From: Amphiscolops sp. MND2022 | Lineage: Eukaryota | Direction: 5' to 3' | Length of the DNA: 64,000 nt | Assembly (NCBI GenBank): GCA_964187785.1 | Contig: OZ076410.1 | Location: forward strand, 100,750,001-100,814,000 | Part shown: positions 24,101 through 36,100 of the stretch, piece after piece | Numbering within the stretch: the first letter of the stretch is position 1 | How the letters are laid out: each line of letters starts with the position of its first letter | Notes under the pieces: model-generated | Databases searched by the model: none | What the model was told of the DNA's origin: nothing | Seen by the model: only the letters and a program-made list of their open reading frames with translations | Position numbers and translations under genes: made by a program

Positions 24101-27100
24101 GGTCAACATACCGAGCCCCTTGAAGGATGCACATTCTTCAAATGAGATGATCTGTTCGGTACATTAATGATATAATTCTCTTCCAGATCAGCAATGTCAG
24201 ATTTGGATTCATTGATTCAACTGTGCAGTTCCAGCGAGGGAATGAAAGATTTGGGTTGGAATTCGCTTGCAACAATAGATGGCACTAATTGCTTTGATTG
24301 GAATTCGATCAAAGAGGAGGCGCATAATAGTAGTTTAGATATATTTGATGATGTCTGGATTTGCCAACCAATTGTTGTCCGCAATCAACGTCTATTTAAA
24401 TTTGATGAAGAATTTTTGCGAGGTGTCCAAAAATGCACCAATAAGCGCCAATTAGCTGCAATCTTCCGAAAATTCAAATATAATAATGCCACAAAGGAAA
24501 CAAAAAAAAATAAACCCAGTTGAAGATTTCTCCACATCCTTTGCTAGTTCATTAGATATGACAGGACTGAGCTTCTACACTGCACCTAGTCATGTCAAAG
24601 GCGCTCATTCCTCAGCAATTATTGGCGTTGGACGTTGGTTCACTGATGGTCACGTAGAAGAGGGCGGGGACATATCTGTTTCTCTAACTCCCATCGGCAG
24701 GAAATTGTTCATGATAGCCAAACGCAGTGCTGCATCAAGTAGATTATTTGCTATGACTTCCACGATCGAGTCTTTCGTCAGCTGGGTATTGAAGGGTCCA
24801 ATATTACCTTGTGAGAAAAATATTTTCTATCACATCACTGATGTCTCTGATATGATAATTCAACCATCTTTGTGCGCTCATTCAGTCCTGACTATTTCAA
24901 CTGGATCCTTTCTTGTTAGTGGTTGGGAAGCTAACGATGTTACGGACAGGCATTTAAAATCCCAGTTAGTCACCAAATATTGCCCTGGCATTTGTGATGA
25001 AGTCCTGAGAGTAGGTTTGAAGAAATCAAATCCTCAAAAGTGTTCTGAAGCTCTTGCAACTGCTAAAAATTCCAAAACAGAGGCAATCGGACAATTGGTG
25101 TCAATGTCGAACAGGAAATTCTCCAAAAAGAGTCCATCTAAAAGAGGCCGGCCATCTGTTTCGAAAAAACAGAGAATGTTGAATAATTTGAGAGATGTAC
25201 GCATGCAATTTCAGGAACGGTAGCAGCAAAGAAAAGGTTAGTGGTTGAGTAGTTTAGGTCAGTCTGAAGTGTTCAATCGATTGAAGTAATACATTCACTT
25301 AATTGCAGAATATGTGGCATACAGATTGCTTTCACCGAACAAAAAGCTGAATGCTAAAAATATAAAATCAGCGTCTGTGACTGGTAAAGACCCAAAGGAA
25401 AAAGACCAGTCGCTGTAATTTAACAAGTGAGTAATGCTCTATCACCGGTTTTCCTTTTTCTCTATCTCTCTGCTGTACGATAAGAAGGCGTTCTTTCCCG
25501 CAGAGATGATCCAGAGGCAATTTGCAGAAAAGAGTGTCTTTTTCAGTAATAAAACTGTCAGATATTAATTGATAATCTTCTCAGTGCCAATTGAAAGGGG
25601 TGAATTTCAAAAAATTTGCCAATTTTGATGGCTGCAGATAAATTGCTTCCAATATGCTCGTAGGCTCGGCAATCGTCAGTACTTTAATTGTTCGGTTCGA
25701 TTTTTTAGAATTTCTTTTGAAAACAATGATTTTTTTGGGCTTTTTTGGGGTTGTCTGGGGTAGAAATAATAGGTTATTTTTTCAATGATTGTTTTCAATT
25801 CTGAATAAGAGTGGGTTCTCCATTCATTGACTGAAATCAATGCATGCTTTCCACAGGAAGCTTCCGAAGTTTCACTATAGGTCGAATCAGGAATCCAGTG
25901 CCTACTTTCAACTTCGCAACTCTGTTGATTTCGTCATTTCCACAGTATAATTTTTCAATTCTCGCCAACTGCCATTTCAGCGGTGGTAAATTGTCTTCAG
26001 CAATCAGGACTAAGTCACCTTCTGAAAATTTGGGACCTGAGTGGAGCCATCGTTTACGCACTTGAAGTGTCACAAGATAATCACGATGCCATGATTTCCA
26101 AAAAGATCGTTTAATCCGTTCCAGCAGCTTGAATCTTTGAGACAACGATGTTTTTGTCCATGTTGTTCATCATGTTGGGAATGTCAGACGCTGCTCTTCC
26201 TAGCAAAAAATGCGCTGGGGTGATTGATTGTAAATCGTTGGGGTCATTCGACATTGCTGCTAGTGGTCTCGAGTTAAGAATTGATTCAATCTGTATGACT
26301 ACTGTGTTCAGTTCTTCGAAGGAAAGAATCTGTAAGCCGACTGTTTTTCGCAGGTGACGTTTTAGGCTTTTTACGGATGCCTCCCACAATCCGCCAAAAT
26401 GTGGAGCACGAGGTGGGATTGTTTCCCATTCAATTCCTTCGTGGGTTACAAACCTTCCCAAAAATTCGTTGCTGCAAGCCAGTGAGAGTAATTCTTGAAC
26501 CTTTAGGATATCGTTCCTTGCTCCAATGAAATTCCTTCCATTGTCACTGAATATTTTCTCAGGAAGCCCGCGACGTGCTGTGAATCGTTTTATAGCAGCG
26601 ATACATGCTTCTTTCGTGAGGTCTCCCACCAGCTCTATGTGCACCGCTTGTTAAATTACTCACTCGTTAAATTACAGCGACTGGTCTTTTTCCTTTGGGT
26701 CTTTACCAGTCACAGACGCTGATTTTATATTTTTAGCATTCAGCTTTTTGTTCGGTGAAAGCAATCTGTATGCCACATATTCTGCAATTAAGTGAATGTA
26801 TTACTTCAATCGATTGAACACTTCAGACTGACCTAAACTACTCAACCACTAACCTTTTCTTTGCTGCTGCCGTTCCTGAAATTGCATGCGTACATCTCTC
26901 AAATTATTCAACAACTTTTTTTTATACTTGTGACAGTTTATAACATATTTGGTTTTGAATTTTATTTCAAGTTATCGAGTTGCGATATTTTAGAACGCTA
27001 CTACAGTTGTAGTTTCTAAATGCTATCATTTCTGGTGTTGAAAACTTATTTTCTGGTCATTTCCTTAAAATAGTTTCAGCACGCAGAAAAAATTCTGGGA

Positions 27101-30100
27101 TTAATTAGTTGTAACCTTGTAGAGGTATGCGTCGATGTTCATACTGTGCCATGTGATGGTGAGCCAGCCGGGAGAGAAGATGGCAATCATTTTGTTGACG
27201 TGGCCTCGGAACAGACCCCCCATCTGGGCGGGAATCAGGGCGGTGACGTCATGGAAGTCGGCGATGAGACTGTCGAGTCTGGACTTGTAGTTCTTGTACC
27301 GCGTCTCATTGTGCAGAATCTTCAACGCCGACTCGGGCAGCTCCATGCGCATACGGTGCATGTACTTCGCTTCCTGCAGAATTTCGTATATTCTACAACA
27401 AGACGGGAACAACGTCTAAAGTCGCATTTTCTTCATCTAAGGCGGCTCAAAAAGCGCAAAGTTTTTGAACCTGTAAAAGGGGGACCCTTCGGGCTTTTTG
27501 AAAATCCCGTTCGTTGCAAAATATCAAATAAATTGAAGGGGGACCCTCTGGAAACAAAAAAATCGAAAATTATCTGAAATTTTTCGATTTTTTTTAATTT
27601 TCGAAAAAAAACGAAAAATTAGAATTTTGAACAGTCTCATAGTGCCGGAATACATAAGAGAAGAGACTCTTTGGGCTTTTTGGCACTTTAGCTTGCTGCA
27701 AAATATCAAAAAAAATTGAAGGTGGGAAAATCGAAAAAAAAGTCGCACAGTGCCGAAAAAAAATGAAAGAGGGGACCCTTCAGTCTCGTCCGCTTTCGCA
27801 AATACTCGAAAAAAGTTTCTGGCTAAAGCAAGGACTCGAACCCGTGACCACTGGGTTCACCGTAAACCGAGCAAAGTCTGTACTAAAAAGTGGTACATAC
27901 ACGATGGGGTCTGGTCTGACAAAAAAAATAGCCACTGTAATAGTCGGGCTCTTTTCACAAGAAAAGCGCCGACTAAAAACAAACAATGCTTGAAAAGTTG
28001 GCAAAACTATCTAGGATCGAATTGCGGCCCAATCTGGCGCGCTAAAGGGGGGCTTTGGGATTTTTCAACATCCATTCTGTCGCGAAACTGTCGAAAAATT
28101 GAAGGGGGACCCTTTGGAGTAATTTATTTCGAAAAAAAGTCCCACAATGTCAAAAAACTGAAAAGGGGACCCTTTAGACTAGCCCGGCACTGTATGTTAC
28201 GCGAAAAAAAGGAAAAATTTTTGGTTCAGTTCGCTAGGCCAAATTATTCAATTTGGGACCATAATATTTTGTAGAACTTGTAGAACTAATTTGGTCAGTT
28301 CGTGTGGATTGAAAAAAAGTCACTAGTATAGTCGCGTTTCACTTCATGAAGCGCCGACTAAACCGAATATAATTGAAGACAAGGTTGAAAAAATATTTAG
28401 GTATATTTTGGAAGAAAACTACTTTTATAACTATGACTCCCTTGAAACATAAGTATTTTCATTGGAAAAATATATATATTTATCCAATTTTAGCAACAAC
28501 GTTATCAACATTTTTAATAATCCGTAAACGTTTGTTCGCAAATAGGAAGACTTGTTGTTCGAAATGCATTGGCAACACTTGTTTTCTGTGATCGTCAAGT
28601 GTCAGCTTTGCACGACTGAAGAGACGCTCTACAATATTAGAAGTGCGAGAAAACATTGCAATGCTAGCTATGAAAAATATTTCTTCTGAACAATTACTTC
28701 TTCTAAGAATAGTATTCAACAAAAAAATATTTCAAGTTTTTCGGAGCCGTGAAAATATTTTATTTAAATTCAAATATATTTTTTACAACCATGTGTGAAG
28801 ATCATTAGCTTCATGTGTGTACAATTCAAAATTTCAATAGTTAAACTAGTTTTTAAAAGATGATATATCGTGAGCTCGTTTCTCTTGAAAACATGGGCAA
28901 TAGATAGTTTGTAAGAACATTGAAGCACATCTACTGAATTAACCTACAGTCAAAAGTAATTTGAGACTTCGCTTGACCGTAAAGCCATTACATATATTAC
29001 AACCTTCAAATTTGACATTGAGGCGCTCATATTATCTAAATTACTCAGCGTCTATCGGATAATTTATTCTTTTTTTTAAAAAAAAAACGAAAAATCAATC
29101 ACCGATTTCCTTCCGTGAAACTCAAAACTCAAACTTAAACACCAATATATATTTTCAATACTATCCAAAATTTGGCGGTGGAGGTTCGAAAATATTGCGC
29201 TATATCCAAATTTTTGACGTTATATCCGAAGTATATTGCGGAATAGAATTGATCAGAATTCTTTAGAAAACCAATCTCTATTTTTCGTTTGTGTGGCACC
29301 CTATGGTACGATCCAGTGTATTGTACAGGATATGCCATTATACGAAAAATTATACGAAATCCCCAATTTGTTATACGAATCACATGTTATACGAAGATAT
29401 CATTATGATACGAGTTATACGGAGAATCGCTTTTCAGCCATTTTGCGTCGATTTTCCCGTAACTGGCTGAAGAAGTTTTTGAAAATTATGAAATTTTTGT
29501 GCTGAATTTCAAATGAAATGCATTCTAAAATGGGTAATAGGCTTTGCGGGATTCGGAAAGAGGGCTATTGCAATATCCTTTTTTGGAAAAATTAACACTT
29601 TCAGATAGAAAAAAGATCCAAAAATTGTACCCCATGCCTTTATATGATACAAAAGGCGAATTATACGAATACACGATATACGAAACCTTCCCTTCGATTA
29701 TACGATCACACGTTATAAAAGGAACTCAGTATACTAGACCGACAAATTCTTCCGCCAACGGGATTCAACAATTTATCAGAATATGTTCAATTCCTAACTG
29801 CAACAACCCAATCCTGTCTGGAAGAATGTGTTGATGAAATGAAAATCAAAACGTGAACGCTTTGGAAAGTAACTCGTGTCGTGTGCTTTTCTGTTCAGTC
29901 TACATTTCGAATACATTTGAAGCTGCTGAATGAAAAATCGAATCTTAGTCAACGAAGAAAGTTGACTAAGAAGATAACGACAACAAAGTCGGCACAGAAA
30001 TTTAACTCGAATTGAAGCTTGGAGAAATTTACTAAGAAACTGTTTATTAATGATTGAAACTCAACAATTTATCAAAGATATTACAATGAGATTTACAAAA

Positions 30101-33100
30101 TTTAAATACTGTGAGTGATTACTGGCGTGATTTATATATCGATTCCTAACTGCCATTATGTCGCTTCATTTCTATATTTTAACTAACGAAAAACATCGTA
30201 TGACGTACGTTTTTTCGTGTGACTTATTAGCTTTTTTTTTCAAAAATCCATCATTCGTTTCCATCCACTAAATTTAATTTCACGGCGACCCAATTCTCCG
30301 TACACCATAGCCTTGAGCGAGCTACGAGTTTACGTAGGTAGCTGGAAAACCAATTTGTGTTGCTAGTACGCGTTATGGCACCTTAAGGAGTGGCACCCAG
30401 GGCTTTTGAAAATAATATTGCAATATTATTTCGGATCAAAATATTTCCAATAAAAATATTGCAATAAACTATGTCAAAAATAAATATATTGCAATATATT
30501 GCAATATGCTGAATTTGAAGAATCTGAAGAGAATTAAATATCAACAAAAAACTTCAAAATTAGATTTGAACAGTTTGAGTCAGGCCACGAAGGACATCGC
30601 ATGGGATGGTGTTTTATATTTCTGGGAAATAGCAAAAGCGCACTTGAATTGAAAAGGTTGAATTACGAACGTTTCTGAGAAAAATCTAAGTAGGCCTATA
30701 GTGTGGTTGTTTTATATTTCTGAGAAATGCTCCACAAGAATGATTTTTAAATTTATTTTTAAATCCAATATATTGCAATATTATTGCTGTCTTTTGCCAT
30801 TCCCAATAAATATATTGCAATACAAATATTGCAATACAAATAATTTATTGAAAATAATTTATTGGTGGCACCTACCCCGAATCGCTGTTGACGAGAATGG
30901 CCCGTGGTTGTAGGGGGTTGTAGGCCAGCACGTGGAGGGAGGCCCCGCCCCGCACACTCTCCACGTTGGCCTTCCACTGGGTGTACCACAGGGTCTCGAA
31001 CGTGATCAACACTTGGGCCAGCTTGTTGTACTGTTTGCACACACTGTTGAACTCTGTTGAAACAAGAGAAGACATCTTCGAAACAAACATTCATTCATTC
31101 AACTATCTCTCCGTGATATTGTTTCACCTTTTACTCAGCTGCGAAGTTAATTGATGACGAAACGGTTCTTTAAGGTCACCCCCCCCCACAACCACCACCA
31201 CCGAAATTTTTGTGGAACATTAGTGGAAATATTATGAAAAAGACTTGAATACAAACCAGAAACCTTCAATTTCAATACCTTTACAGTGTGACAATTTGCG
31301 ATTGAGATATAAAATTTGTTCACACTGATTTTCCTTATGAAGGAAGTCACTCGTTTTTGATAAGAAATTAACGGTTTCCTGTTTTGAGTCACAAAAAACT
31401 GTGAATACGATCAAAATTATAGTTAAAATGTGTGAAAAATGTTTTGTTCAAACAAAAAAATTATTCCAATAGACGTTAACTTCCTTTAATGAAAGGAGGC
31501 TTTACTTTTGATTAGGCTAGTTAGTCCTCAATTTTAAAGAAAATTTATTTTCAAAAGTTTTGGGGTGTTCAGAAAAGAGCCGACGAAACTTCTCCGAAGA
31601 AATTTTGTGCCACAATTTTTGTGATTTTTTTCATGAAGTTTTCAAAAGTTTTACGTGCAAGAAATTACATCTTTGAAACAAACTTTCATTCAACTACATT
31701 CCTGAAGAAAACTCAGTTTTATCTCTCTTAAATACTGGCTCTTTTCTGTAGATGTAAAATCTTTTTCCATCACAGGAAGTTAATGTCTATTAAAATAGTT
31801 TTTTCTTGGATAGATTTTCAGGCATTCTGACTGTGATTATGTTCGAATTACCTGTTTTTTTGCCACTCAAAACAGGAATCTTTTGTTTTCCTAATCAAGA
31901 ATGCGTGACTTCATAGAGAAAAATTGTGTCAACAAAAAACCCTTGGCAATGTTTGAAAACTAGAATAGTCACTTCAAAACCATCATATTCCGCCGATATT
32001 TAGTTCCGCTGTAAAATCACGCCATGTCACGGAGCACTTTAATTGGCTAGAAAATCACGGTAATTCACGCGCGTGATTTTATGCTGTCCATACGTGATGT
32101 AGACCCGTTCCACAACATCTACAATCATTAGCGGTTAAGCGAGAGGCGGATAATCGATACCGCATTGTGCATTATGTTACATAAGTTGGCAAGGTTGCAA
32201 ACCCTTCATTTTGCAGATGGCCTCGTTGCTTCTGAATGACGTCATAGGCAACTCCACCCTTCTGATCAGCTGTTTGATCCACTGAATGGCCCCGCCCACA
32301 GGAGGAGCATTCCGCGTGATGGGGGGTTTGTCCTGAAACATCACAGCCAATCATGCACAGAACGGTTACATGACATTTCGTCCTACTGTATATTCCGGTG
32401 CATAAGCCCCCCCCCCCCTTTCTTTGAATTTTTGGAGGTCAAAAGTTTGGGGAGGGTATTGCTCGCCCGGTATTGTATGTTACGCCGAAAAAAAAACTTA
32501 TATAGTTCAGTTCGCTGGGCGAAAAGGTACAATTTGGTCCCTTAAAGGTTGGTAGAACTTTGTAGTGAAAGAGATCCAAAGTTTTGAGGGGTGAGTTAGT
32601 TTTATCTCAACAAATATACAGTAGTGGAAAAATGTATAGGGACAGTTGAGTGGTGAAGTGGTGAGAACTTGAGGCACGAGTCCGCCGAAGGCATCCAAAG
32701 AACGTTACCCCCCCCCCCACCTATGGGAGCTTATTTTGGGAGAGTTCCACGCAATACCAAACGATTTTATTGAAAAATTGTTCGAAACAATTCCTCCGAG
32801 ATTGGAAGAGGTGATTCAAATAAAGGGCAATCCCTCCAAATATTAAAACGACTTTTGGCTATTTTCATATATCATTTTTATGTATTTTGTAATTTTCTTG
32901 CTTTTTTATTGTTTTTTCATATTTTTCATGAAAATAACCGCTGTGTCCGAATACTTTTTGCCCATCTGGTCATCTGTTAGTGTTGACTTGAACTAGTACG
33001 TATAATGAGCAGGGTAAAAATTTAGTTTTACAGTTTTCCGAAAAACTTTTTCGTTCAGAAGATTTTGGTCTCCTTTAATCGAGTCCAAATCATTTTTTAC

Positions 33101-36100
33101 AATCAGATGTCTAATTCATTCATTACAGTATGGTACATAACCATTTTTGTTACCTATTGGCTTTATATAAATCTTTTAACCTACCATTGCCATTAAAATT
33201 TAACAAAATGTAAGTAATAATCGATTTTCACCAAACTTTGCAGGTGTCACATTTCTTTTTTCCAGTTCTGTAGGATTACTTATGGAAGGGACTAACTTTT
33301 CCACGCTCGTAAGCCGCGCGAACTTCCTTCATGTCAGTGGCGTAGAATCCGAACACAATCTCGTAGGCCTCTGCCAGCGCAATGCTCACTCCTCCGCGCT
33401 TTCTGATTGGCTCAAACCTGAAAGTCAACTTTGCAATATTTTCAACCAATAGCAGCAGCATATTGCAACAAGCCGCGACCGGCCCAAGTCGGCGCCATAT
33501 CTAAGGCTCAAAAATAGCAAAAGGACTTCAAAATGTCAAAGTATTGGTGAATTGGGGACCTTTTTATAAATAAAAAATTTTTGAAAAAAAAGTCTCACAA
33601 TGCCGAAAAAACTGAGAGGGGGACACTTTAGTCTCGTCCGGCATTGTATGTTATGCGGGAAACTTTTTGGTTCTGTTCCCTGGGCCAACAGGTGCAATTT
33701 AAAATCTTGTAGAACTTTTGGTAGAACTATTTTGGTCACTTTAGGTGTATCGAAACAAAACCGCTGAAGAAAAGCCATGACTATAGTCGACTCTCTTGTC
33801 AAGAAAAGCGCCGAATAAAAATAGTCTTTGTATCGACCAAACAGAATGACTGTCTTTCAAAAGTTGTAAAGGTTACTTCATGACACATTCAGAGTTACTT
33901 CAGAGAAAATGAATAACTAATAAACTATGTTTTAGATTTTTTCAACGACTTGTCGCGTGTGGCAGTCACAAATTTGAGTGAGATCTAAAGACTCTGGTTT
34001 TTGACACCTTGCAACATTTTTTTCGAAAAGTTTCATGTCACCGAAAAGTCTCCGCGTTGGTTTTTAAGATGTTTCCAGTTAAGAAACAGTGTTTTTCGAG
34101 TCTAAGGAGTTTTTTGTGCTCTTTCAGCACTGTGCGACTTTTTTTGAAATAAATATCCACCAAAATGAGTTTTTGAGGTTTTCAGTCGAAGAAGAAGCCT
34201 TTTTCTAAACTCAAGTGTACCCCTTTGTGTTTTTTCGACACTAATGTACAAAAGAATTTTGTCAACAATTGTCGTTCGATAGAATTGAAAGACTTTGTTT
34301 TTTGAGCCCTAGGCGGGGCGCCGATGTAAACCATTTCTGTTTTTACCATTATAATAAATATAATAACAAATTAATTTATCTGGCAACATTACAATCAATA
34401 TCATCAAATTAAAAACATCAAAAGAATAAATCGATGCCGGAAAAGACTCCCAAAAGGCGGTTGCCCGGTTGAAGGGAGCCTCTTGATAATTGTGAAATTT
34501 GAAGTTTTTCCTCAGAAGTTGACATGGGGAAAAAACAAAAAAAGAAGAAAAAACGGAACATCAGGAAAAAAATAAGCCCAGAAAGTTTTGGAGGGTTTCA
34601 ATGCGCGTGTGAAACAGTGAGAGCTCATGTGCTATCAATTTTAGGCACAGACACTCTACAGTGCATTAAGACAGCTGGAAAAAACCGGAAGTGAAGATGA
34701 AGTTCCAATGAAATTCCCTGAAAACTCGCTTCTCGTACCCCTGCTGATATAGTTTCAATTTACGGCTTCTGCGCACCCGATGCCCGACTTTACAGGCCCA
34801 GGACTCGTCAATGCTCTCGGGGAGCAAAGATGCAGACACCTGAGTACTCTAACGCGGGATTTTTTGCATCAGGTGGCAGAAGCATTTGGGGTATAATAGT
34901 AAACACTATGATACCCCCTAATTTGATGTATGGTTAAGCAAAACAAAACAGAAACAGCAGAGAAAAACAGCACTTACACTTGGATCCCACAAAAAATAAC
35001 GATGCTACATTGGCATTGATTATTCAAATTAAACAAAATGACAGTTCCAAAGAAGAAGAACCAATTGCTTTTTTACTGACGGCTGAAGAAAAAAACTGAT
35101 AAAATGAAACTTGAATTTAGTTGAAAAGCTCTATTTTTTATTATTAGTTCGCCTGCGTTCTCCTCAGTCGATAGAAGAGATGATTGTACGCTGTCCACTT
35201 GTTGCTCTCCTATGGCGGCAATCCGAAAACGAAGCGCACCAGGTCTTCGTTGCCTATGAAAAAACAGTCGAACAATTTATGACTAAGGCTCTTTATGGAG
35301 TCAGCGCTGATACCAGCTAGATTACTCAGGTCTGGAAAAACTCCCCCGGAATTCAACTTAATGAAAAGTGTCGGTACCCTAGATTTAAGAGAATGCTCAC
35401 CGACTTTCGATCTTGTGATAGGAATCAGGGCAAAAGTTTCTGGTGCTTTTCTCAGTCCATAGTTTATTCCCTTTTCCTTACGCAGTATTTCGTTCAACAA
35501 CTGGCTCTCGTGTCCTGTGGTCATTGACTTCAGAATAAATTTCAAGAGTTCATAAACATGAAGTTCGTATACAGTTTCCAATCCATTTGCCGACATCAAT
35601 TGATCGACATTGGTATATTTTGGCAGACGGTAAATGTTCCTGATTATCCTTTTCTATAAACGCAAAATCGGTTGGAGGTTGCTGAAAGCTGTGCATCCAT
35701 ATACCAAAACACCATTCTGCACAATTGGTTTGACGTGCGTTCTGTAGTATACAAGTAATTGAGACCTTTTTAGGTAGGGCCTTGTGCGTAAAACTGTGTA
35801 ATTACAGAACAAAAGTTTCCTTTTTATCTTTTCAACTTGATTTTTGAACCTGAGATCGTCATCAATTAACACTCTCAAATACTTAACACAATGTTGGACC
35901 ATCAAGCCAAACTTATCGGAGATTTCAGTTTGAGATGATTCACCAAAGATTACAGCTTTTGATTTATCGAGATTACATTTCAGCTTGTTACTTTTCATCC
36001 AGGAGTTCACAATCGATAAGGTGTTATCTAAGTTGTTGGTTCCGTTCTCTTCCATGCGGTCGAAAATGTTGGTGTCATCGGCGAAAAGAGTAACATGTGA

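Larger units (their letters stand above)
20075..26913 (-). mobile_element. BEL/Pao LTR retrotransposon, permuted arrangement: int - antisense JmjC ORF - PPT - LTR - PBS - gag - pol
   Basis: Component features listed separately; lies in the dynein intron 18019-27115. Confidence 0.85.

Noticed and set aside
27101-27412. Dynein pieces as gene fragments captured by Helitrons
   Set aside because: The pieces are collinear, on one strand, phase-compatible and bounded by splice sites over 50 kb, so they are exons of a real gene.
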